Source of the DNA: Escherichia phage AnnaHegner_Bas87
Length of the DNA stretch: 64,000 nucleotides
Reading direction: 5' to 3' (one strand)
Sequence record: PQ850594.1
Positions within the stretch are counted from its first letter, which is position 1, and each line of letters starts with the position of its first letter. Positions 29,634-37,905 of this stretch are shown here, piece after piece. Below the pieces are notes generated by a model. That model saw only the letters and a program-made list of their open reading frames with translations, had not been told where the DNA came from and did no database searches. Position numbers and translations under genes: made by a program.

Positions 29634-29936
29634 CTAGATTAAATCATAATACTTAATAATATCGGAGAGCTTAAACTCTCGAATGTCATTCTTGTCGTTG
29701 TCCCAAGCGGTCATTATCCAACAAGGTTTGCCCCCATTATGATAGCGGGAAGAAGCAACTGAGGTTCGTAAAGGAATAACGGAGCGGTCTGCAACTTCAC
29801 CTCTCCAATTACGATAGCTAAAGCGAAGAACTTGTTTCGTAGATACTTGATCATGTGTGTTTTCCTTGTTCATAGATTCAAAGACTTCTCTTTCTTCAGG
29901 AGTCTCTAGATTTTTTAAATTCACGTCTTGCATCAT
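29634..29936 (-). CDS. hypothetical protein
   Basis: 100-aa ORF. Confidence 0.4.
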   Translation of the reverse strand: MMQDVNLKNLETPEEREVFESMNKENTHDQVSTKQVLRFSYRNWRGEVADRSVIPLRTSVASSRYHNGGKPCWIMTAWDNDKNDIREFKLSDIIKYYDLI

Positions 29937-30300
29937 TCTCTTCCTTAGTTTTTATCTTATGGCAAGGCTCTTTGCATAAGACTTGAAAACCATCTTTCTC
30001 AACTAAAGCCCTCTCGATGATTTCATCCCAAGTAGCTTCATGGTCCACTGGAACAATAGGCTCTACATGGTCTACTGCTACGTCTTTAAGAGGAGAATCA
30101 TTACCACACATGGCGCATTTGTAATGCATTGCCAGTTTGCCAGTTTTAGGGTTGATTTTACGTTCTGTCTGAGCCTCTTTGAGAGAATCAAACATAGGTT
30201 TCCATTTCCTAGTCAGAGAACGAATCCCTGACTTAATGAAGGAGTTATAACGTGCTTCAGTCCACTGACCAGAGCATCTTGTCTTCTCAGCTTTCGCCAT
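29896..30300 (-). CDS. HNH endonuclease
   Basis: ...CAMCGNDSPLKDVAVDHVEPIVP... HNH motif. Confidence 0.6.
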   Translation of the reverse strand: MAKAEKTRCSGQWTEARYNSFIKSGIRSLTRKWKPMFDSLKEAQTERKINPKTGKLAMHYKCAMCGNDSPLKDVAVDHVEPIVPVDHEATWDEIIERALVEKDGFQVLCKEPCHKIKTKEENDARREFKKSRDS

Positions 30301-30478
30301 AACCTACATCCATATCAGCGTCTTCCCAAATGCGTTTATTGACTCGGTGTGATTCTTTATCAGCACGAGGGATACGACCTGTGCGACGATCAAATGCTTG
30401 GTGCTTAATCTTTTGATCTTTACGAGATTCACGAGTAGAGAAGTTTTCATCATACGAACGATAGTCAAATTTACCCAT
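30287..30478 (-). CDS. hypothetical small basic protein
   Basis: 63-aa ORF. Confidence 0.3.
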   Translation of the reverse strand: MGKFDYRSYDENFSTRESRKDQKIKHQAFDRRTGRIPRADKESHRVNKRIWEDADMDVGYGES

Positions 30479-30488
30479 TATAATATCC

Positions 30489-31334
30489 TTATTCCCAAGT
30501 TTTATCTAACCATGACCAATCAAAGAGGTCACCTTCAGCTTGTCCAACGAAGAGCAATCGAGCGTTTTCTAACATCTTATCTTCTGCTTCTTCCTCGAAC
30601 CTCTTATAGTATTCCATTCGTATAATATGATAAAGAGTCCACTTATCGAATACCTTCTCAATAAGTTTGATTGCAGCCTTGCTACCAATGCCTTTACGAC
30701 GCATTACTAGATTGCCACCCCACATCATTTCAACCTTCTCACCACATCCGGGAATGTTATCTGTGCTATCCCCGATCAGCATCTGGTAGAAGAAGTTCTG
30801 CCATGCTACTTCCTCTGGTACATAGTGGGGAGGTACTTCTTTCTGTCTCTCCCCGCAAGCCCAACGGTAATGCCATCCGGGGGTGATTAACAAATCTTTA
30901 TCACGGGTGCAAATGATAGTGTTCTTATCACGTCTCTGTCTTTCAGCTAAGGCATCATCTGCCTCTCTCCCAAAAACTTCAACGAATTCATAATTCTCTT
31001 TAATGTAATCACTGACATTTTGCCAGTGGTGAGGTCTTTCTCCCGGTGGTCGATTAGCTTTATAACCTTGCTGCTTAGCAATATCAAACCGAAAATTACC
31101 ACCTTCGCTGAAGTAAAAGATTGTTTTCTCGCAACCAGACCTTGCAATGATTACATCTATTTTATGTTGAAGTCGTTCAATCAAGAATCCATAATCAACT
31201 GGAACACGACCTGTGTCTAGAAAAGGATGCTCTTGTGTAAGAGCACCGACTTCATATCGCAGAACATCTGCATCCACAATTGCTACTTCAGGATAGATTA
31301 CATCAGACATAGAGACCTCTCCGTGTCCCTTCAA
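30489..31334 (-). CDS. 5'-3' exonuclease / flap endonuclease
   Basis: ...LIGDSTDNIPGCG... motif characteristic of FEN / T5 D15-type exonucleases. Confidence 0.7.
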   Translation of the reverse strand: MKGHGEVSMSDVIYPEVAIVDADVLRYEVGALTQEHPFLDTGRVPVDYGFLIERLQHKIDVIIARSGCEKTIFYFSEGGNFRFDIAKQQGYKANRPPGERPHHWQNVSDYIKENYEFVEVFGREADDALAERQRRDKNTIICTRDKDLLITPGWHYRWACGERQKEVPPHYVPEEVAWQNFFYQMLIGDSTDNIPGCGEKVEMMWGGNLVMRRKGIGSKAAIKLIEKVFDKWTLYHIIRMEYYKRFEEEAEDKMLENARLLFVGQAEGDLFDWSWLDKTWE

Positions 31335-31899
31335 TAATCCACTCTAAATCCTCAACTGCCTCTTCTACAGAACGGTCATTAAAGAGGAGGTAGGTTGGTA
31401 GGTTTGTTCCTTCAATATAAGAACGGGAGTCTCCTTCAAAGGAGCAGCCATCGCGGAGAATCTGAACTACTCGAACATGGAAGTGTTTCTCTAGTTCTTC
31501 AACTTCTGCTTTAAATCCACCATCAGAGAAGACGATAACATCATTCTGTGATGGGATACGTTGTTGAATACTGCTAACAGCAAGTTTACCCATGCAGGTC
31601 TCACCAAACATAGGCTTCAGGTAATTCTCGCTAGTTGCAATCATCAAGTCTCGAACTGACTTACCGTCCCATTCAGGACGGCTATGTTCTTTCCACTCAC
31701 GGTCGTTGTACAGCTCCATGAACTCGTAAAGAGGTAGACCTAATGCAGCAGCAGCCACTCGATACATAGGCTCCTTAAAAGCCTTTACATGCGGCCTAAA
31801 CTCGGTGTTACCAAGTGTTTTCTCTAACCAAGAATTAGCGATTGTATCTTTACCACAACCCGGTGGTCCATTCAGAATTACTACTAATGGTTTACTCAT
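31303..31899 (-). CDS. P-loop nucleotide kinase (dNMP kinase candidate)
   Basis: Walker A GPPGCGKDT at N-terminus; 198 aa. Confidence 0.5.
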   Translation of the reverse strand: MSKPLVVILNGPPGCGKDTIANSWLEKTLGNTEFRPHVKAFKEPMYRVAAAALGLPLYEFMELYNDREWKEHSRPEWDGKSVRDLMIATSENYLKPMFGETCMGKLAVSSIQQRIPSQNDVIVFSDGGFKAEVEELEKHFHVRVVQILRDGCSFEGDSRSYIEGTNLPTYLLFNDRSVEEAVEDLEWIIEGTRRGLYV

Positions 31900-32549
31900 T
31901 ATTGAATCATCCCTTGAAGATCTTCTTTATCAAAGTGCTTCTCTACTACCGCTTCATACAGATCACGATTCTCTGAATAACGACGATAGAAGGTTCCGTG
32001 TGAAATTCCCAACTCTTGCTGGATGTGATCATGTGGGATGCCGAGAAAGAGCATTGAGAACATGCTTGCCATCTTACGGTTTTCCATAATGTCACTCAGG
32101 TCTTGGAAGAAGAAAAAGATTCTAGATTCCAAGAACGGGTCTCCAGTAGAATCATGCTTATCCATCGCAATCTCTAAAGGACTTTCCCATGAATTCATCT
32201 CAGGAGGTCTAAACATATCAGCCTCTGGAATAGAGTAGATACGTCGGTCTCCAACTGTCTGACGATTAGAACGAATCGACCAGATGATATTCTTGACACG
32301 ATAAGTCATGTGCTCAATATCTTTTTCATCAGTGAGCAGAAGTTCTTCTTGCTTTGCAAATACAAAACGCCAAGCGTTCAGTAACACTTCCTGAGCAACA
32401 TCCTCTGCCTCGTGATAATCTTTAATGTCATACATAAAATACTTATGCACAACTTTCCAGTTCTCTCGATAAAATTCATCGAAGGTTGGATAATATTTAA
32501 TAGGAATGCCATGAATACGATAGCGTGTGGGTGTTGTCTTCTTCTTCAT
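31899..32549 (-). CDS. phage-encoded sigma factor (sigma-70 family, ECF-like)
   Basis: region-2-like ...[15 protein letters not shown]... and C-terminal HTH-like ...[17 protein letters not shown]... Confidence 0.55.
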   Translation of the reverse strand: MKKKTTPTRYRIHGIPIKYYPTFDEFYRENWKVVHKYFMYDIKDYHEAEDVAQEVLLNAWRFVFAKQEELLLTDEKDIEHMTYRVKNIIWSIRSNRQTVGDRRIYSIPEADMFRPPEMNSWESPLEIAMDKHDSTGDPFLESRIFFFFQDLSDIMENRKMASMFSMLFLGIPHDHIQQELGISHGTFYRRYSENRDLYEAVVEKHFDKEDLQGMIQ

Positions 32550-32573
32550 AAGTCGTCCTTAACTTACTTTATA

Positions 32574-32798
32574 TTAAACTACACAGAACAAATATATTGC
32601 TGTGTCAGGACAAGGGATGTGATCACTAGGTTGCCTAATTCTATCCCATTCATCATCTTCTGCTATATAATAAGCCCAATAAGACTCACCATCGTTGATG
32701 AAGAATTTGAATGTTCGTCCCCAAATCTGATTATTATGTTCCCATACTGCATGAAATTGAGTAACACCTTCTGGTATTGTAAGTTCCGCTCTGATCAT
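32574..32798 (-). CDS. hypothetical protein
   Basis: 74-aa ORF. Confidence 0.3.
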   Translation of the reverse strand: MIRAELTIPEGVTQFHAVWEHNNQIWGRTFKFFINDGESYWAYYIAEDDEWDRIRQPSDHIPCPDTAIYLFCVV

Positions 32799-33094
32799 TG
32801 TATTCCTCTCTCCTTGAGAGCTTTAAGTAAACCATTATGGTTAGCAGCACAGGTTGTATAATTATCCTGATACCACTCAAGTGTTGTTGCAAATGCCACT
32901 CCCTGTGCACTCTGAAGTAAAGGGAGGTCTACATCACATTCAGCTTTTAGGTTTGTTGGTAAGGGCATTAGCTGCCTGCTGTTGTCGCTCATTGAACAAG
33001 CCATCAAACTAGAAGCGAGCAAAATCACCAAACAACTCTTTTGCTTTTTCTTTGTAAGCATTTTCTGCACCTTCTTGAGTGCTATGATAACCAA
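32795..33094 (-). CDS. lipoprotein, outer-membrane spanin (Rz1-like) candidate
   Basis: signal peptide with lipobox LMAC; likely start at internal Met (33061); overlaps 3' end of HNH gene. Confidence 0.4.
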   Translation of the reverse strand: MVIIALKKVQKMLTKKKQKSCLVILLASSLMACSMSDNSRQLMPLPTNLKAECDVDLPLLQSAQGVAFATTLEWYQDNYTTCAANHNGLLKALKERGIQ

Positions 33095-33533
33095 GCCAAA
33101 TTACTTTGTTTTGATATCCGATACGAGCACTCCATTTATTAATATCTGACCTGTATCCTACACCTTTTATTCCAGTTAAAGAGTTCTTTTGAACTATTTT
33201 ATTGGCATTGTTGAGGACAGGTGTTGCTTTTCTTAGATTGCTCCAAGAGTTATTAGACTTATCTAAATCTTTATGGTCTATTTGGAAATCGGGAATTTCT
33301 CCAGTTTTTATATACCAAGCAACTCGGTGAGCTTTGTATGTCTTTCTCTGAAAATTCAATGTTACATAACCAGCTTTTGTTTTACACCCTGCAACCTTTC
33401 CTGCGAGTCTTGAGTTCCACTGAGCGCTCTTATCTTTAGAATGTTTCCAGTACAGAAGACCGGAAGCCTCGTCATAAGACAGATATTTAATTAATTCTTT
33501 AATTTCAGTGCCTCCGCTGCTTGTTGTTGTCGT
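33009..33533 (-). CDS. HNH-AP2 homing endonuclease; N-terminal region lacks a canonical start codon
   Basis: open frame reads ...LSYDEASGLLYWKHS...AGYVT-NFQRKTYKAHRVAWYIKTGEIP...IDHKDLDKSNNSWSNLR... then AP2-like domain; only in-frame ATG/GTG/TTG is TTG at 33359. Confidence 0.55.
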   Translation of the reverse strand, partial: TTTTSSGGTEIKELIKYLSYDEASGLLYWKHSKDKSAQWNSRLAGKVAGCKTKAGYVTLNFQRKTYKAHRVAWYIKTGEIPDFQIDHKDLDKSNNSWSNLRKATPVLNNANKIVQKNSLTGIKGVGYRSDINKWSARIGYQNKVIWLGYHSTQEGAENAYKEKAKELFGDFARF

Positions 33534-33856
33534 TCATTGAAAAGTCCTACATACTCATCGCTAGCACACACATTGTAAAAAACTGGCTTAGTCTTTTCAT
33601 AATGCATCTCTTTGTAAATAGTTTCCGTGTTCTTCTTCCAGTTTGATAAACCAGTTAGAACTTTCTGAGCCACTTCATCAGCAGCCCTAGCCCTCTCAAT
33701 CTCTATCTCGTGCTGCTTCTTCTCTTGGTCAAGAGTGTTGCTATCATTTCGATATTGCTCAAACTTCATTCCACCAAAGAAAATAAGAGCTGTGAAAATA
33801 AGAAAGCCTATATTGTTTTGAAGCTTTTCCATTTTAACTCCAACGAAAAAAGCCAC
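33491..33856 (-). CDS. inner-membrane spanin (Rz-like) candidate
   Basis: N-terminal TM helix then charged coiled coil; 121 aa. Confidence 0.4.
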   Translation of the reverse strand: MAFFVGVKMEKLQNNIGFLIFTALIFFGGMKFEQYRNDSNTLDQEKKQHEIEIERARAADEVAQKVLTGLSNWKKNTETIYKEMHYEKTKPVFYNVCASDEYVGLFNERQQQAAEALKLKN

Positions 33857-33868
33857 CCAAAGGTGGCT
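33843..33868 (-). terminator. rho-independent terminator (minus strand)
   Basis: AGCCACC-CAAA-GGTGGCT hairpin followed on minus strand by TTTTT. Confidence 0.45.
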
Positions 33869-33890
33869 AAGCTATTACAAGGAGAGATTC

Positions 33891-34631
33891 TTAGAATGGA
33901 GAGTCATCCTCTTCAAAGGTTGATTGCGGCTCTTCATTAATGGTAGGGATGCTTGGAGTAGCATCTTTCTGTTCAGTGTCAGAAGCTTTAGTAACTTCAC
34001 GACCAGCCAGAGGGATATTCTTAGCATCGTTAGCTTGAGTCAAGAGGCTACGTTGGAATGGGAAGATTGCTTGATAAGCAGCTAAGTTAGCGTCAGTCTC
34101 AGCATACGGTTCGAAGAAGATCAACTCACTACGAGGAGCACCTACCGCGTCACGATATTTAGTCGGGATTGGAGTGATGCTTTTAATGGAGTTTTTCTTC
34201 TCACCAGCTTTGTTTACATAGGAATTAACCAGAATGTTAACAGGCTGACCTAACAGCATATCTTTAAACCAACCCAAATCACCTTTCAGTGCTTGAACAC
34301 TTGGGTCGATCATTTTAATCAGATTTAGAATACCAGAGTTCTTAGCTCGTGGATTTACATCGAAAGATTTAAACTGGCAAGCAGGACGAGGGTCCAGAGG
34401 TTTGCCTTCATTATCAGTCCCTGTTGCATCTACGCCAATCAGCTCAAAAGCTAAGTCCATACGGAAAGCTGGATTCTTAGGAGTAACTGCTTTGGTTTTA
34501 GGGTCAATCCAAGGGTCACGATTGTGAACACCCAAACCTACAACACGAACAATACGTGCTTCGTACTCACCATCAGGGATTACATCGTAGTTGGATTTAC
34601 GGGATACAGACAGTTCAGGGATCATAGACAT
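33891..34631 (-). CDS. ssDNA-binding protein candidate (acidic C-terminal tail ending in Phe)
   Basis: 246 aa; C-terminus ...STFEEDDSPF resembles SSB/gp2.5-type tails; otherwise unverified. Confidence 0.4.
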   Translation of the reverse strand: MSMIPELSVSRKSNYDVIPDGEYEARIVRVVGLGVHNRDPWIDPKTKAVTPKNPAFRMDLAFELIGVDATGTDNEGKPLDPRPACQFKSFDVNPRAKNSGILNLIKMIDPSVQALKGDLGWFKDMLLGQPVNILVNSYVNKAGEKKNSIKSITPIPTKYRDAVGAPRSELIFFEPYAETDANLAAYQAIFPFQRSLLTQANDAKNIPLAGREVTKASDTEQKDATPSIPTINEEPQSTFEEDDSPF

Positions 34632-34690
34632 ATTAATATTTCCTTATATAGATTTAAGATTGTTGCTCTCTTTGAGCGGTTTGTATACTA

Positions 34691-34699
34691 TATACATTA
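34691..34699 (-). promoter_or_regulatory. phage promoter-like motif TAATGTATA (minus strand)
   Basis: ~60 nt upstream of start 34631. Confidence 0.4.
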
Positions 34700-34761
34700 C
34701 ACTTATACAGATAAGGTTCTATTATACTATAACCTTTTTGGTAGTAGATAATGACAAGTAG

Positions 34762-34770
34762 TAATGTATA
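34762..34770 (+). promoter_or_regulatory. orphan plus-strand copy of TAATGTATA motif in ORF-free region
   Basis: no plus-strand ORF downstream; faces antisense to phosphatase gene. Confidence 0.3.
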
Positions 34771-34964
34771 TATGGTATAGCTAGTAAAGCTATTGCAGGC
34801 TTGTATATTGGGCAATCATTGTAACCCTTGCAAGTACCGAAGGGCAGGAGACACCTGCGAGATAAAAATAGAGAATTAAGGAAATCCTTGATTTAGGTTG
34901 AGGACTCCTAGGACTTTGATTCTCTATTAAAATCAAAAGAAAACTTAACTTAAAACAATAACTT

Positions 34965-35603
34965 CTACCATTCTAAAAGACCTTTAAAACTAGTTTGTTC
35001 TACTGTTCTCTGATAAGGTAAGTTAGATTCTGCTTGTTTGCTTAACATCTCTTGTACTTTATCAGTAATTGGATAATCTTTTTGTAATAAAGAAGCTATC
35101 CACTCTTTCCTACTTTCCAGTTCTTTTCTAATCTCTTGCAGAGACACAGCTTTGTAATCAATTTGTTCCATAGAGGTACAAAAATATCTCCAATCTTTGA
35201 TAGTAGAGTTATGAGTATGAGCATAGATATTATACTTTCCTCTCATTTCATCAGAGTGAATAGGAATATGAGTTACCCAAAATTCTTTGTATTTATAATC
35301 ACCACTGATGTGTCTAAAGACTTTCATCATATCAGGGAGAAGTTCTAATCTGTCATGATTTCCTAAGACAAGATGTTTCTCTCCCTTTACTTCAGCGATA
35401 ATATCAAGTGCATATTTCTCAAACACCCAATCACCTGTAAAGAAAGTTTTATCACGTTTAGTAACATGGTCGAACGCTGCTAAGATAGCTTTGTCATGTT
35501 CTTCAATACTACTAAACTTCTTTCTAAAATTACAGATGTTACGATGGCCTAGGTGACCATCACCTGCAAAATAAACTTCAGCCATTCTCGTATGTGTCCT
35601 CAT
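34965..35603 (-). CDS. metallophosphoesterase (Ser/Thr phosphatase-like)
   Basis: GDGHLGH and LVLGNHD motifs of calcineurin-like phosphoesterases. Confidence 0.65.
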   Translation of the reverse strand: MRTHTRMAEVYFAGDGHLGHRNICNFRKKFSSIEEHDKAILAAFDHVTKRDKTFFTGDWVFEKYALDIIAEVKGEKHLVLGNHDRLELLPDMMKVFRHISGDYKYKEFWVTHIPIHSDEMRGKYNIYAHTHNSTIKDWRYFCTSMEQIDYKAVSLQEIRKELESRKEWIASLLQKDYPITDKVQEMLSKQAESNLPYQRTVEQTSFKGLLEW

Positions 35604-35763
35604 AATATGAGTAGTTGAAGGATTCAGCTTTCGTTTCAGCCTCCTCCATATCGTCTGTTTCCAGAATCACTTTCCAGCCAGAACCTTCAGGATACTCAGC
35701 CCCTTCGTCTAGCCAGACTTTATACCGTTTAGATAGTGCAACCATCGCAGATATAATCTCCAC
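35578..35763 (-). CDS. small acidic protein (paralog of 36313-36492)
   Basis: shared pattern Y.VW..E..E....GW..IL.TDD.EEAE...N..YYE. Confidence 0.45.
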   Translation of the reverse strand: MEIISAMVALSKRYKVWLDEGAEYPEGSGWKVILETDDMEEAETKAESFNYSYYEDTYENG

Positions 35764-35932
35764 TCAAGGATTCTTGTAAGAGACGAGATTGCTCATCGGC
35801 ATACAAAGCATCAATTTCTTCCTTGAGCTTTGCAAGCTCTACAAAGTTGATAAGTTGCCCATAATCTGTCGCATCTGTGATAAATTGAAACAAACCTGTC
35901 GCATCATTTTTAATAATATATTCATTAGACAT
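35729..35932 (-). CDS. hypothetical small protein
   Basis: 67-aa ORF. Confidence 0.35.
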   Translation of the reverse strand: MSNEYIIKNDATGLFQFITDATDYGQLINFVELAKLKEEIDALYADEQSRLLQESLSGDYICDGCTI

Positions 35933-36156
35933 TATAGCAACTCCCTTTGTTTACTGTTGATAACAGTCATCGCTGTTACTGGGTTGTTTGTTCCAAGATA
36001 TTCTAGAACAGAGACACCCTTAGTCGGTTTATCAGCCTCTATGTAATTCTTAACCTTGCCACCAAGAACCGCTAGAGAAGCCTGAGCTTCTGCTTCATCA
36101 GTATGAACTCGGTCAACTGTTTTCTTTCCAATCGTGTAAGTGTGAACGTAAATCAT
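35932..36156 (-). CDS. hypothetical small protein
   Basis: 74-aa ORF. Confidence 0.35.
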   Translation of the reverse strand: MIYVHTYTIGKKTVDRVHTDEAEAQASLAVLGGKVKNYIEADKPTKGVSVLEYLGTNNPVTAMTVINSKQRELL

Positions 36157-36359
36157 TTAACTTCCTCAATATTGACTAATTCAAAACTTCCTATTTCTTC
36201 AAGTTTGATAATCTCTTTAACCTTCTCAACAGCTTTAATAGGGTTTTCTTCTTCTACAACTTTACACCCTGACACTTCAAGACTTCCTGTTCCACGAAGG
36301 TATAAATTTAACTTATAAACTACTTTGTAGTATTTCATCGTGCTCCCAATTTCTTTCAT
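36153..36359 (-). CDS. hypothetical small protein
   Basis: 68-aa ORF. Confidence 0.35.
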   Translation of the reverse strand: MKEIGSTMKYYKVVYKLNLYLRGTGSLEVSGCKVVEEENPIKAVEKVKEIIKLEEIGSFELVNIEEVK

Positions 36360-36492
36360 AATATCCAGAGTTGTAGTTTAGGGCGCATTTCTCGGCCTCT
36401 TCTATGTCGTCTGTGTTTAGGATATTAACCCAACCACCAACTTCATCAAAACCCTCTTCTTCTTCATTAAACCATACGCTGTATTTCTTCAT
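36313..36492 (-). CDS. small acidic protein (paralog of 35578-35763)
   Basis: likely ATG start at 36492 (MKKYSVWFNEEEE...). Confidence 0.45.
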   Translation of the reverse strand: MKKYSVWFNEEEEGFDEVGGWVNILNTDDIEEAEKCALNYNSGYYERNWEHDEILQSSL

Positions 36493-36664
36493 CTTGATAA
36501 GACTCTCCCCCAATCCTTGATGTAACAGCGACCGTCAACCCACTTGGTCTCTGATTTAAACTCTTTTGAGATTCGAGTCTCGCAATCTTCTTTACTGTAA
36601 TCTCCAAGAGCATCCATCGCCCAAAGAAACAGAGCAATTACAATAGACCAGATTAGAAACTTCT

Positions 36665-37057
36665 TCATCGTATCACCAGAGGCTCTTCAGAGTATACAGG
36701 AGAGGCTATTTCTACCGGAGGTGCTGCTCTAAGGTCATTAAGCCTTACGCCCTTCAGCATACCATCTAGGTGGTCCATTTTAGGGATACCTACAGGGAAG
36801 TCATCAATCCAAACATCCACAAAGAAACCCAAGCTCTGAGTGACGGAATCCTTCTGAACACCGTTGCAAAAGATAACAGGAATATCTAGACTTGCTGCAT
36901 CTGCTAGAAGCTCCTCATTTGAATACCCATTGGGTTGAGCAAAACGATAGGTGACAATACGTACGTCATGTCCACGAGATTTCATAAGACCTACAATGTG
37001 GGTCCACATCTCTTTGTCCACTGTAAAAGTATCATCATAATCTAAACCAATATTCAT
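36665..37057 (-). CDS. HAD-superfamily phosphatase (nucleotidase candidate)
   Basis: N-terminal MNIGLDYDDTFT = HAD motif I DxDxT. Confidence 0.5.
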   Translation of the reverse strand: MNIGLDYDDTFTVDKEMWTHIVGLMKSRGHDVRIVTYRFAQPNGYSNEELLADAASLDIPVIFCNGVQKDSVTQSLGFFVDVWIDDFPVGIPKMDHLDGMLKGVRLNDLRAAPPVEIASPVYSEEPLVIR

Positions 37058-37095
37058 ATTAGCCTCTTAGACAAGAAAAGCCACCCGAAGGTAGC

Positions 37096-37338
37096 TTATT
37101 TATTCTGTGTTTCCAGTTCGCTGATACGAACTTTCAAACCATTGATTTCAGCCTGAGCGGCTTCTAGCTTAATTAGAGCTTCTTCAGCGTCAGCTTCTGT
37201 TTGAAGAACCGCAGTAGTTAGTTCATACAAAGCCTGACGTAGTGAATCTTTGCCCATAGAATGAATCTGTGCAACAAAGAATTGCTTACCTTCAGTTGTT
37301 TCTAGAGTCTCTTTCAATTCTTTAGATGTTAAAGTCAT
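37096..37338 (-). CDS. hypothetical coiled-coil protein
   Basis: 80-aa ORF. Confidence 0.4.
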   Translation of the reverse strand: MTLTSKELKETLETTEGKQFFVAQIHSMGKDSLRQALYELTTAVLQTEADAEEALIKLEAAQAEINGLKVRISELETQNK

Positions 37339-37340
37339 TA

Positions 37341-37508
37341 TTACTCCCTTTCATAAATTTTGAGAACTGTACCACCATCTGCTTTAATCTGAGCAGCGAC
37401 TTCATCGCGTTCTTCATCAGAATAAACCAGTTGGTTGTGAAATTTTCCTGTAGCATCTTGGAAATATACATTCCATTTTGGAGCAGGTTTACGAATCAAA
37501 TCCATCAT
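37341..37508 (-). CDS. unlisted small ORF (55 aa)
   Basis: ATG start, TAA stop overlapping next start (TAATG); MMDLIRKPAPKWNVYFQDATGKF... Confidence 0.35.
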   Translation of the reverse strand: MMDLIRKPAPKWNVYFQDATGKFHNQLVYSDEERDEVAAQIKADGGTVLKIYERE

Positions 37509-37639
37509 TGATCTTTCTCCTCTCGTTCAACCCATGTACGGAAAAGCTCCCCATACACTTTGGCATCATCAAAACGTCCTTCTTCCTGTGCGAGTTTTTG
37601 TTGCTTCAAGCACCATTCAGAACTTTTTACTTCTTCCAC
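37505..37639 (-). CDS. unlisted small ORF (44 aa, GTG start)
   Basis: AAGGAGACAAGGAA RBS; stop overlaps next ATG (ATGATG). Confidence 0.3.
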   Translation of the reverse strand: MEEVKSSEWCLKQQKLAQEEGRFDDAKVYGELFRTWVEREEKDQ

Positions 37640-37696
37640 TTCCTTGTCTCCTTAAAAAGAACTAATCAATAAGACTAGTTCATTTCGTAATACGAT

Positions 37697-37888
37697 TCAG
37701 CTCTTCCACGGGAGGTTGATGGTTAAATTCTTAATGGAGAAATCTTTATCAGGAAACTCTTCCATTAACTCAGCCGCTTCTTGAATAGCTTTTCTTTCTG
37801 TGTTATAGATGCAGAAATGTCCATTACAGCAAACAATTGCATCTTTTGCTCCCGTAATGGCCCATGTTTCATGTACATGTCTAGTCAT
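37697..37888 (-). CDS. hypothetical small protein
   Basis: 63-aa ORF abutting DNA polymerase gene. Confidence 0.35.
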   Translation of the reverse strand: MTRHVHETWAITGAKDAIVCCNGHFCIYNTERKAIQEAAELMEEFPDKDFSIKNLTINLPWKS

Positions 37889-37905
37889 TATTCCTCCACT
37901 ACAAA

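Noticed and set aside
37688-37700. T7-promoter-like string TAATACGATTCAG
   Set aside because: Only the first 8-9 nt match the T7 consensus, no phage single-subunit RNA polymerase is seen, and the orientation is opposite to local genes.
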